The position numbers were made by a program, and so were the translations under genes. A DNA stretch of 64,000 bases. Origin: Epiperipatus broadwayi (taxonomy: Eukaryota; Animalia; Onychophora). The notes under the pieces are model-generated. The model was not told the DNA's origin, did not search any database, and saw only the letters and a program-made list of their open reading frames with translations. Below are positions 38,915 through 50,706 of the stretch, one piece after another (the first letter of the stretch is position 1; every line of letters begins with the position of its first letter). The DNA lies in contig JAQFVV010000005.1 in the NCBI GenBank assembly GCA_028023455.1, forward strand, positions 16,244,001 to 16,308,000. Direction: 5' to 3'.

Positions 38915-39010
38915 GTCAAGCATTGGTGGTCAGCACAGCTTCCTTGCAAGCAGTTGTCCCGGGTTAGTGGGTTCGCTTCCCAACCGATGCTACGACACAT
39001 GAAAAAAAAA
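38915..39010 (+). mobile_element. tRNA-Gly-derived short SINE (family 1)
   Basis: GTCAAGCATTGGTGGTCAGCACAGCTTCCTTGCAAGCAG...CCGATGCTACGACACATG(A)n; D-arm partly deleted; possible 8-bp TSD TAATGATA. Confidence 0.88.
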
Positions 39011-41707
39011 CCGATATAATGATATAATGTTGAATAATCAAAATGAAACATTATTTTATAACTCCCATAATTCTATTCAGTTCTCCCACAATTCTGTTAT
39101 TTTAATGTTTGATGATTAATTAATACTTAATGCTACATTTTGCAGAAAATATATATAGGCTTTAATAACTCATAATTATAAGATCCTTTATTTTAGATAA
39201 ATTTTAGTTTAAGTTTGATAGCAACAAAGAAAGGTGGTTTGCAGATAAATTAAACTTAAATAGATAGAGATTGTAGGTTTAAAAGATTCTACAAACGATG
39301 CTAAAAGATAAACCAAATTGTAATTACAAGGCCTGATATATCTAATGGATTTTAAAATATAGAGAAAACTGTTATTGTTTAAAATTAAGCACTAAGCTAA
39401 TTTTTGAAGCAAACAAACAAATAAAATATTTGAAGCTAATTACTAAGGAATGTGAACAGATGTAATTAAATGGTGGATGTTAATCATCATCATAAAGATG
39501 CATTAGCAAAATGGAAGTACAGTTACATTAGAATACTAGAAATTTATAAATGATATACAGTAAAGAAAAGGGGTATAAATAGTGTGCACTAAAAGAAAAG
39601 GGATTGTTGTCAGCTTATCTGCACTCATCATAAGCCATTTTATTGCTGTGTTATGGATATGAGAAGGACATGAGAAAAGCTGAAGGAAAAGTGCTCAGAC
39701 TTTTCTGCAATGATGAATAAATGTCCCAAGATCCCATGCCTCTGAAGGTAAAAGATATCTAGCTAGGGGAAAATGTTAATAGATCAGCCTGGTCTCTTAT
39801 TATTTATGTACGCCTGAGAAGGCTTAAATAAGATTATGTTTTGTGTAATATAACCATGAGTAAAAACTTTAGTATTCACTTGATGTTACCACTAGCATAG
39901 TGGCAGGATTTGTTCCTCGATGTGATAAGGGCTGTGCAGTTAGAATGTTAAATCAAGGACTATTTGTGGTATGTGTAAATAAAGTAAATATGATTGCTAC
40001 TAAGTTAAATCTTAATCTATGTGTATGTACATATTGTAAATAAATTTATTTAATCATTATTAATAATGTCTTGGGAATTTATAATTTTGTGGTAATTGTT
40101 GGTAGTCAGCTTCATAGTCTAATACACAACACTTAACGATTTCTCAAAATTAACATAGCTTCTTTTATTTTTCACTTATTTTGGCAATGTTCAATTTGTA
40201 TAATTTTTATGTTTTTATAATCAAATTTAAACCTGTATTTACATTTTATTGTGATCAAATAGATGCTGAAGGTCTATTTTCATCTTTTCCTAATTGTTTA
40301 TCTTTTTGAACTCTTATATAAAAGCATAGGTCCTTTTATTCTTTTGTCTAATGTACATCTAGACTCTCTGATGTATTGTAAGCCACACTCACATATTAGT
40401 TTATATATAATACAATTTTGATTTGAATTTAAATTTTTGTTTTAAAGTTGTTAATTAATCTATTTATATTATTTGTCAAAAAAAAAGCAGTTGGACACAA
40501 ACCATTATAATTTTTTTTCATAAACTTAACTTGTTCATTTGATATAAATGGCATTGTAACCCTTTTCATCTTGATATTATTTTTAGTTTATTATATTGTT
40601 GACTCTTTTTAAATTTTTTAAGTGTGAGTAATAATATTTTTATTATAACCAATTTTCAACAAATCATTAACAAATAATTTACATTTTTTACTTTGTCGCT
40701 AGAATATTTGCATAATTTTTCATTTTGAAATAAGAATGGCTTTAATTCAAATAACTTATGACTTAAAGGTACATTTGATTTATATGGGATAAATCATCAA
40801 GTTCAATTGGTTTTATTGTCATAAAATAATCCAAATTATTTTCATTACATATAACTTTAATATCCAAAAATTTTATGGTATTACATATTTCTTGTGTTAC
40901 AACCCACCTTAAACCCTTAATCTGATTTAATTCATTAAATAAGTCATTGATTATATTATGACTTGCACAAATAAACACATCAACATATCTATGTGATATG
41001 TTTTAATTATTTGATATTTCGGTTGCTTTAAGATTTTACCTTTATAAGTTGATATAACAAAAATTACACTTATTTTATGTCAATAAAACCAATTGAAACT
41101 AGAAGATTTATAATGTACCTTTAAGTCATAAGATATCTGGATTAAAGTCATTCTTATTTTGAAATGAAAAATTATTCAAATATTCTAGTGACAAAATAAT
41201 AAATGTAAATTTATTTGTTAATGATTTGTTGAAAATTGGTTATAATAAAAATATTATTACTTATATTATTAAAAAAATTAAAAAGAGTCAACAATATAAT
41301 AAAACTAAAAAAAATATCAAGATGAAATGGATCGCAATGCCATTTATATCAAATAAACAAGTTAAGTTTATAAAAAAAAATTATAATGGTTGTGTCAAAT
41401 TACTTTTTCTTTACAAATAACACAAAGAGATTAATTAACAACTCTAAAAGCAAAAATTTATGTTCAAATAAAAATTGTATTATATTTAAATTAATATATA
41501 AACGTGGCTTACAATATATCAGAAAATCTAGATGTACATTAGGAAAAAAGAATAAAAGATCATATGCTTTTAAGTAAAAAAGTTTAAAAAGCTAAACAAT
41601 TAGGAAAAGATGAAAATAGACCTTCAGTATCTGTTATATTTGATCCCAATAAAACATATAAATACGGATTTAAATTTGATTATAAAAACATAAAAATTAT
41701 ACAAATT

Positions 41708-41933
41708 ACAAAGAAATAAAGTCATATGTCACATGATCTAATTTAACAAGCTTGTATTACAAATGTTATATATAGAGCTAACAAATAAACTCTTAATGAG
41801 CTTTGCAAAATATCCCCAACCCCAGACTGTTTTCTGCTACTGGTTCCTCACCGAGCTAGTAGCAGAAACTGGTCTGGGTTGGGGGTATTCTGCAAAGCCT
41901 GTTAAGAGCTTATTTGTGAGCTCTATATATAAC
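41708..41933. mobile_element. HHR family C-like foldback insertion; 12-bp TSD confirmed by an empty site
   Basis: Arms ~41760-41843 and ~41856-41936. The plus HHR at 41845-41878 (TCCTCA C---CGA GCT AGT AGC A GAAA CTGG TC TGGG) lacks 3 core nt. TSD ATTATACAAATT at 41696-41707 and 41934-41945; single copy (rc) at 40193-40204. Confidence 0.88.
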
Positions 41934-42689
41934 ATTATACAAATTCAACATTGCCACAATAAGTGAAAAATAAAAGCTATATTTTGAGAAATCGTCAAGT
42001 ATTAATGAGTCATCAATCATCAAACATTAAAATAACAGAATTGTGGAGGAGAACTAAATAGAATTATGGGAATTACAAAATAGGTTGAATATATGAATAT
42101 TACTGTATTTAAAATATATCAAGTTGAATTTTACATATATATATATGTGTGTGTGTGTATGGAGAGAAAGAGAGAAAAAGAGAAAAGAAAATGGCATATG
42201 AACTATAATTTTTATATATGCAAAATAATCTTGCTATGTGATTCAATTTTATTAAAAATAAAATCACTTAATATTTTGTTCTTGAAACTATAAAATTTCA
42301 CACTATATAATTTTGCATTTTAAATAGTGCATGCTTCAGAAACACAATGGCAGCATAATTTGTAACACGTGTGAACACATTATAATAAATATACATATGT
42401 ACATGATATAATAATATAATGTGTGTACATATATTATGATATATAATAAAAATTGTCTGTATATACATATATATATATATATTGAATACATAAAAAGTAA
42501 AACACATTTTAAAGTGTCTCCAATGTCTCTCTAAACAGTCGCAAACAAAAAGGCATTATATATCACCAGGCTAATCAATTGCTAACTAGTGAAAGGTTTA
42601 GCAGATTTCTTTCCATGCTTTAAAGACTTCATTTCTTAATGATTAAGAAATATGTCCACACATTACAAGTTCAAGTGTTTGGCCAAAGG

Positions 42690-42929
42690 AAACTTGGAGA
42701 AAATATTTTCAATGCTAAAGGCAGGCTTTGATTTTCATTTTCAGTTTGTAAATCCAGAAACCAGCTAATGTTGATCAGCAAATGGGTAACTAATTATTAT
42801 CAACAAGAGAAACTTGGGGGAAATATTTTCAATGCTAAATGCATGCTTTGATTTTCACTTTCAGTTTGTAAATCCAGAAACCAGCTAATGTTGATCAGCA
42901 AATGGGTAACTAGTTATTATTAACAAGAG
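42690..42929. repeat. Tandem duplication, 120-bp unit x2
   Basis: aacttgg..aaatattttcaatgctaaa...ccagaaaccagctaatgttgatcagcaaatgggtaact occurs at 42691 and 42811. Confidence 0.92.
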
Positions 42930-43574
42930 AGTTAAAGTCATACATTAATCTGGATTGATTGTAAAATAATTAATACACATAATATGATGCCTGCTTCATT
43001 TCCTGTGAAGCATGAATCACATGGATATTGAAACCATGATTACCACTACCTCTTTATTTTATTCTGAGAATAAAATGTATCAACTACTTAATAATTGGCA
43101 AACAAGATTTGTTATGGTTTGGTTACCTGAAAAAAAATATTGCTTTATTTAGAAATTAGCTATCTAAAAAATTTCCACATTCCATCTGTATTTCATAGAT
43201 CTTTTGCATAATATATTCATATGTATAATGTTAAATAGCATTAAATAATATTCACTATTAACTGAAATGATAATCTCCTAACATTCAAATGCTCACATTA
43301 ATGCAAGACATTTTAGTGCCAAAGTTGTTAATGCAATCAACAAAAATGAATCATTTAAATTCATTTTCAAAGCATTTATATGAATATTTAAATTTTTTAA
43401 TGAACATCAATGTACGAATTTGCAAAATAAATAAAAAATGATTCATTTTTGTTAAATGAATAATAGCTTTGGCAATGGAGAGTGCTGCCTTATTTTGACC
43501 ATTTCTTAGAAGTTAAAAGGATATTTCTTCTATTAAAATGTATATATTTGTTTTATACTGTGATGGCACTTGTC

Positions 43575-43995
43575 TCTGCAGGTTTGTTTATATATACTTC
43601 TAAATGCATTATTCTATAAAGGAATTGAACTTTCAAGTCTCTTCATCTATCCATTCTATCTTACATGACTGATACATATGACCACATATATGTGAAAAAG
43701 ATAAATAATCTTCTATTTACACATTTCATATTGAGGCAGCATTCAGCAATTAGTCCAAATCACCATCTCCCACACATATCTACAATCACTGCTCAGTTTA
43801 CATTAAGATGAAAAATCTTCAAACTTTAACGGATAAGCTTCAAGCTTCTCCACCCTTCAATTCTTCAGCCATCTATTTCATTGAAAATCCAAGGATTTAT
43901 CTTTTTCACATGTATATGGTCGTGTGTATATTAGATGTAGAGAGCTTGAAAGTTCGAGTTCAAGTCCATTTAATTGCATTAAGTTTAGTATAAAC
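43575..43995. mobile_element. Older HHR family B foldback
   Basis: ~43619-43710 is inverted at ~43895-43975. The minus-strand HHR core is decayed (TTGCTGA). No clear TSD. Confidence 0.7.
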
Positions 43996-44596
43996 AAGGA
44001 GAAATTATGATCAGCAATCAAAGTCTGCGCCCCATTCACAGACACAGAAACCCTCCCTACAGATATAGTCTGTCAATGGTTTGATCATCTTTGACAAGAC
44101 TATGATGTTCTCAAGAACTAACCGTCTTATATGTCAGGCAATAATGAATATGGGTGTAGATTAAAGTCTTTTTATTAGCTATAACTGGAGAAAGGTCAAC
44201 AAAAATTTCTGTATTGTCTTTAGTCTCATATTTTACTGACTTTTTGGAATATTAAAGTGAGCAATATTTTAAAAACGCCTCTTAAATATGAAAGAATGGA
44301 AAATACATATTTTTTATTAACCTTTCTCCAATTATGATTGGACAACTACTTAATAAAATATCTAACGAAAATACTTTAACACACTCGACAATTATTATTA
44401 TTTGCGAGTCAACAGTTCTTCAGGACACCACAACCTTTTCAAGAAATAAGATTTTATCAAAATATTTTCTTTATCTACGAATGAAGACTTTTTAAAAGAC
44501 TTTAAACAGAATTCTTTGCTATTTCATAAGAATTTCTCAATATGGAGAAACTTTATCTTTTTGCTATAAAAATCCTCGTTGTAATATATATAAGAT

Positions 44597-45069
44597 TTGA
44601 AATACCAGGCACTCCTATACCTGGAGCCTAATTGCAAATATAGGGATTTGAATTTAGACTTTCAAGTCTCTTCACTATCCACACTATCTCATACTACTGG
44701 TACACATGACCACACAAATGCAGAAAAGATAAATAGTCACCAATAATCACATTTTCTGCTAAACCAGCGCTCATCAGTTGGTCCAGATTACCATCAACCA
44801 TACATATATATAATCAGTGCTCACCAACACTCATCAGTTGGTCCAGATTACTACCCCCATACACATATATAATCAGTGTGAGCAGTGATTATATATATGT
44901 ATGGGGGAGGAGGTAATCTGGACCAACTGATGAGTGCTGGTTTAGTACGAAATACGTATATTAGTGATTATTTATTTTTTCTGCATGTGTGTGGTCATGT
45001 GTATCAGTAGTACGAGATAGTATGGATAGTGAAGAAGCTTGAAAGTCTGAGTTCAAATCCCCTATATTT
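44597..45069. mobile_element. HHR family B foldback with an internal 60-bp duplication
   Basis: Arms ~44636-44875 and ~44886-45069. The 5' half of the HHR is duplicated at 44761-44820 / 44821-44880. The minus HHR at 44734-44790 has a broken stem III. Confidence 0.85.
44914..44970 (+). ncRNA. Near-intact type I hammerhead ribozyme, family B
   Basis: TAATC TGG ACCAA CTGATGA GTGCT GGTTT AGTAC GAAA TACGTA TA TTAGT GATTA. The core is intact, with a G10.1-C11.1 closing pair, palindromic ATACGTAT stem III, AUA cleavage triplet and one stem I mismatch. Confidence 0.82.
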
Positions 45070-46647
45070 ATAATACATATGTATTTTCATTCACTATTGT
45101 TGCTATATCAAAAAACAAAGTAAAAGTAATGAGACACATATATTTATAATATATATATACATACTCACCTGTTGCAAGCTATAAATCATTGTGCTTCTAA
45201 AGTGTAACATTATTTTAAATATAAAACGATGTTATATGAAACTTTATGGTTTGTTTGAATCTTAATTTAATTAGATAGATGATAATGCAGAATCGTATTA
45301 CAAGTCGAATCCTCCATAGATCATTTTCTGTGGAATAAAGTTCTAAAGATCTTTAATGGAATTGTAAAGTAAAGGAAGCAATAATTTTTTTGCTGATTCC
45401 ATATTTATATAACTGTGCAGAATATTCAAAAAATGTGCATCCTATGAATAAGACGCCATACATTTTTAAATGAGATCTAAAAATTAACCTTCTAAAATGA
45501 AAACTCATTTTGGAATGATACTTTATTGTAATGTTTTATGAAAACTGGGCATACAATCATCTATCAAAAATGATTATACTCTTGGATTAAAACAATATGT
45601 TGGTAATATCCACCAAATAGGACTGGCTATCATGTCTGATATTAGTGCCTGCAAAGATACTTGAGAATCATGTATCATTCATGAAAAACAATTGATACAA
45701 TCTGCATACAACATTCTTTTCACTCATGATCTCAATCATTATTGACATCAAAAGAAAATACAGTGTATCCTTGCACATGACAGAATATCTTAAATTATAA
45801 AGCTCTAATATATTTAAGCAAGACAATATCTGTGTTTTAATAAGTCACTTCTAATGTTATTACAATCTCGGATCTATCTGAAAGTCCTCTTGAGGCTGTC
45901 TGATTCATACATAATCAGCACCTAATAAAATGCTTTCTACAATAGTTATCATTTCTCTTATTGCCTAATAGTGAATACAATGATTTTCCTGAGCTTATAT
46001 CACCTGACTGTTGCTACTTTTCTGAATTAGCCATTTCCAAACAATCTAATCATTCTAGTATTCTCATGTAAATGAACTAAAGAGTGAAGACAAATATGAT
46101 GCATAGATCTGCCATAATATTTAAATGAAACTTTTAGGAAAATTATTGTGGATATATATTCTTCTTAAATATTCTGCAGTATTACTTCATATAATAAAAA
46201 CATCTGCATACTAGATGACTTGCTTAAATCCTATTTTTCCTTAGATATTTTATAGTTTGTGAGTCATTGGCTACCCATTTTTATTGGCATGCTCAATGAG
46301 TTTTATTTTAACCATGTTTTTATGTGTATAGACTAAAGAGAATATTTACATGAATAAAAGAGCAAATATATTTTGGGTATGTCCATATATGTTTTTGCTT
46401 GTTGTTAATATCACAGTTATACCAACAATTTACCCATATCATTTCTGCCATCAATGAAATAGATTTTGCAACAACCGTTTGAAAGACTTCCATAATCTGA
46501 AATGAAATGAGCAAGCATAAAAAATGGTGATCATGTGATCATCTGAAATGATGGGAGATTGTTCATTATCCCCTACTTACTAATATATTTTCCAATAATA
46601 AGTTCAATTTTGTTAAATAATTTTCTAAAATATATGACCACATGTTT

Positions 46648-46741
46648 TTTTTTTCATGTGTCAAAGCATCGGCCGGGAAGCGAACCCAGGACAACTGCTT
46701 GTAAGGCAGCTGTGCTAACCACTCGGCCACCAATGTTTGAC
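46648..46741 (-). mobile_element. tRNA-Gly-derived short SINE (family 1), TAC anticodon loop
   Basis: rc GTCAAACATTGGTGGCCGAGTGGTTAGCACAGCTGCCTTACAAGCAGTTGTCCTGGGTTCGCTTCCCGGCCGATGCTTTGACACATG(A)n; TSD TGACCACAYGTTT (46635-46647 / 46738-46750). Confidence 0.92.
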
Positions 46742-47450
46742 CACACGTTTGATGGAATTATCTACCGTTACATCAGCAGCCCAAACTAATTACAATTTTT
46801 ATAAATGCAATTAAAATGATTTTTCTAATATCCTGATCATTATTATCTCTTTACATATACTTTGTTTATACATCTTGTTCACTACCAAAAAGAAATTTGA
46901 TAGCTTAACGTCATTATAAAAAATTTAAGTGCTCCAAATGCAATTTGATTGGCTAAAGTGTATTTGTAATACAAAAATATATCACTCTGTAAATCCCTAC
47001 AGCAGAATATAATATATACAGCAGACCAAAAATTGCAAAAGTAAAAAAAAAAAAAAAATGAAATAAATGATAGCAAAACCACAGCGCATGCAGAAATATA
47101 AAATTGTCAAAAAAAATATGAAAAATAAGGGAATATAATTTAAGACTTGATTGCCACAAATTATCAATGCGGATGGATACATTTCATTCAACACAGTTTC
47201 TTTGACTACGAAATTTCAAAAATTAATTCCAAATTCTCTTAATTTTAAATTAACAGTAAATTTATTATTTATTTTCAGTCTGTTTTGAATAGAAATTAGT
47301 TGCGCTTTATAAATTAAAAAAAGTTATTAGATTATTTTAAAATATATTTTATAACATTTATTTGCCGCTAAAATAGTTTAGATTGGATAACAAATTGATC
47401 ATGTGGCAATCTTCAGTTGCGTAAAAGCTTCGGCAGTAGCAAGCACTTAC

Positions 47451-47524
47451 TTCGCCCGTAATGCCAGTTGGCGGTCATCAGGACAAACCCACTTGTTGTC
47501 CTTGTCTGATGTAAATTCTCCCAT
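47451..47524 (-). CDS. Rph: Rabphilin/Noc2-family start-codon exon, variant B (whole exon 47451-47553)
   Basis: tttttag acceptor at 47554-47555, Kozak-like ACCATCATGG, gtaagt donor. Translates MGEFTSDKDNKWVCPDDRQLALRA(K), phase 2, matching exon 29772. Confidence 0.9.
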
Positions 47525-47586
47525 GATGGTAAATGACCCTATTACCCGAACGTCTAAAAACTAAAACTAAACTACTGCAAACTCAC

Positions 47587-47660
47587 TTGGCTCGAAGAGC
47601 AAGTTGGCGATCATTGGGACAAACCCATCGATCATTTCCATTGGCTATAAACTCTCCCAT
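47587..47660 (-). CDS. Rph: Rabphilin/Noc2-family start-codon exon, variant A (whole exon ~47587-47712)
   Basis: ttttcag acceptor at 47713-47714, in-frame upstream TAA, gtgagt donor. Translates MGEFIANGNDRWVCPNDRQLALRA(K); WVCPNDRQLALRAKL-TGWSVH is the N-terminal motif of the Noc2/rabphilin family. Confidence 0.92.
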
Positions 47661-50600
47661 GCCAAATACTATTCCACTGATGAATTATAAAGCAATGATG
47701 TCAGAAACTAAACTGAAAAGATAAAAAACATATAAACAGTTAAATATTATTTAATTGAATAAAAATACATAATTAATAATTAAGTGAACTATTGCTAAAC
47801 TAATTGGCAAATGCTTTGATATTGCAGATAAATCAGTGTTTTCTAGCAATTATGAAACATTTTAAAATAAATCATATATATATATCATATTGCTGCAGCC
47901 AATGTTCAAATAAATTAATAGCATATCAAGGTTTATTGTCAAAGCAATCCATTTTTAGGTAATAAATAGAACCATTTATTATCTAAAAAGTGAATGTTAC
48001 CTTGACAACATATTATTGATATTTCTAATAGTTTATTTAAGCATTGACTGCTGTGATGTAACTTAGATGTGTTAACCAGTCGGTTGTTGGCATTCTGGCT
48101 TATATATATAGTTATGGAAATGTGATGTTTTTGAAATCATACTATGCAAAAATGAATAACAGATACCAATTTTTTGTTGTTTGTTTTCTCTATTTTTAGA
48201 TAGTATTCTTTGCCTTGTTTTTCCCCCTTTAAAATTTTATTACTAATACACATATTGCAAAACTGTGATAGAGAAAGAATTGTTTGAGTTGTAATAATAA
48301 AATATCTTTCAAATCATATAAAAACCGGTGATATTCTATATTGAAAATTTAATGATTAGATAAGATGCCATTCAAATGATACAGGAGTCAATATTGTCTT
48401 GATTCTACCCAATAATAATCTTTCCTAGATCTAAAAATAATTGGCACTTCAGTCTAAAAGTAGAAAATCATAGCAAAATTGATTCTTATCAAATTCATTT
48501 ATAGATTGTAAGGAACATCATTATAATGTTCAAGTGAATAAAAACTGCTCTCTATGTTAGTGACATTTATAGCAAGATCAAATAATCAATGACTACTGTT
48601 AGGGCATTTAAATCCTAACCAGCAGATTCCTTTCTGACCTTTGTATTTATCAATATGCTTCAGGATTCAAATCTGAAAGAATTGAGTTAATAACACCTAG
48701 TAACCAAACATTTTAAATTCCAGTTTACTATTCAAACTAAAAGTCTAAAAATCAAAACACCCTAAGATATTGAATCCAGGCCAACCAAAAACAAAATCCA
48801 AAAACTGATACAAAATTTTAAATGTACTAACATCTGGTAATCATTGATTATTTAAAATTAGTTGCACTGGAATAAAAGTTGCTCTTGTTTAATAATATAT
48901 TGTATAGATTGAGAGTTAGAAACATTCAACATTTAAATAAAAATATTTTCTTTCAAAAAAATAAACAATGGTTACTAGGCTTAAAGAAGGATTTGGTACT
49001 GAATTCAGTACTGAATAGCATAAAAAAGTATTATGTAACTTTCTGTTTTTACATTTAACATTTATATAAATAATCAATGAGTAATCAAATACTTCTCAAT
49101 GACAAAGGCCTACAGAAAACAGTCTGGAAACTGGTTAAGTCTGTCATATGGTGTACATTACATATATGACTCTGGAGTAGAGTGATCATGTGATGAGTAG
49201 AGTGATATATAATAGATTATTTCTGTTAATACATTGGATATTACTGAATGCTATTTAAGCACTCTCTATAGCTCATTATATACTATACTAAATATTACAA
49301 GAATTAATTATTTGAAAATATAGCCTTAAAACATTTGTAAACAACCAGATAACTATAATATATACATAACATATATTCTATAAAATTTGGGCCTGTAAGA
49401 TTTCATTTATCAAATTACAAAAAAGTCAGTTGAGACCATCTTCAAAGTAATTTCCTTCTGGGTTGATACATTACTATGTATGAAGCTGCCACTGTTCAAG
49501 GAAGTAACATGAATTGTTTTCTGTAAGACTATTGAGGATTCATTTTTATACCTAGTTTTCTTTTCAAAATGTATTTCAAACATTTCATGACATGCTAGAT
49601 GCATAATCATAACTTATCAAAAGAAACAACAATAAAAAATAATTGGTACTCAAAAATAGAATAAAACCACAAATCATCATTGTCATTATTTTTTAGCTCA
49701 ATCAATTTTTGATGAAAATAATCCACAACTTTTGATCTTTGACTACTTGTTCCAAGTCCCTACGATTTGAGTATAAATATATCTAAATATCAAATCCAGG
49801 AAGGGAAATTCCTGGATTTCTTCTCTTCTACAATGTCTGACTAAATTAGAATGTTGCAATGTATATTCATATAATCAACCTTTTGATCTTGATCCTTCTC
49901 TCCTCTTAGGCAAACAATCTCAATCCTATGATCGTATACTTCAAAGTCTGATACTTTACCACTGCACTAAACTATTCAAGATATATCAGTTAATGAAAAT
50001 CTAACTGTTCTTATGTAGTGTGCAAAACAATGATGAAAGACTGCTTAAACTCTCATCATAGTTAATTAACAAGCCTGGACGATACGGCCTTTGTCTTTGT
50101 TGTTCCTCTGCAAGGGATTGTTGGAAATAAAATTGCTCTACATGGTCTGTTATTCTTACTTGTTATCTACACTACAGTAATGTTAATAATGCATGTGTAT
50201 AAAGTGATCTGATAAAAAATAATCTCTGGCACTGCAAACAATGCACATCTGACATATCACTTTCTTGTAGACCACCAATCAGAAATCAAATGAATACTAC
50301 CAATTACCAATCAGAAGTCATGAGACCAATATCACATAAGAATTTTATGTATGATAATTTATAAATTAATAAATATATTTTAAAAATAAATAAATAAGTA
50401 CTAGTAGAACTGCAAACTACTAATAATTGATCACACATTCTTCATAGCCTTTACTGACATTTTTCTATTGGTTAATTAGAACTATTATAAACTATTAATA
50501 CCAACACATTGTTTTTTGTAATCTTAATACAATAGAAATACAACATGTTATAACATATAAACTTTCAATATTAGCTGATAAATATATTTATCCAATAACT

Positions 50601-50706
50601 TGTTTATTATGTTTAAAAAAATCCAACAATTTTTAAATGTATTTTAAACAGTATAAAAGCTCTAAAGACTATTGAACAGTTATAACTACTGCTTATTTTG
50701 AAAGTT

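Larger units (their letters stand above)
38810..42140. mobile_element. Penelope-like retroelement remnant (RT C-terminus + GIY-YIG) as a ~3.3-kb foldback with nested insertions
   Basis: The minus arm reads RYVD-VFIC (40990-), then IKFLDIKV..KP, DLLKIGYNKNII, IYKLICECGLQYIRESRCTLDKRIK, FKFDYKNIKIIQIEH and KIKEAMLIL. The plus arm (~41087-42140) is its inverted copy. The left arm is interrupted by a SINE-containing insert (~38875-39050) and a ~1-kb insert (~39135-40130), the right arm by 41708-41933. Confidence 0.85.

Noticed and set aside
39135-40130. piggyBac call for the ~1-kb insert in the PLE left arm (ACTTAA/TTAA at both ends)
   Set aside because: It lacks CCC...GGG termini and TIRs, and has no convincing transposase frame. 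The insert is left unidentified.
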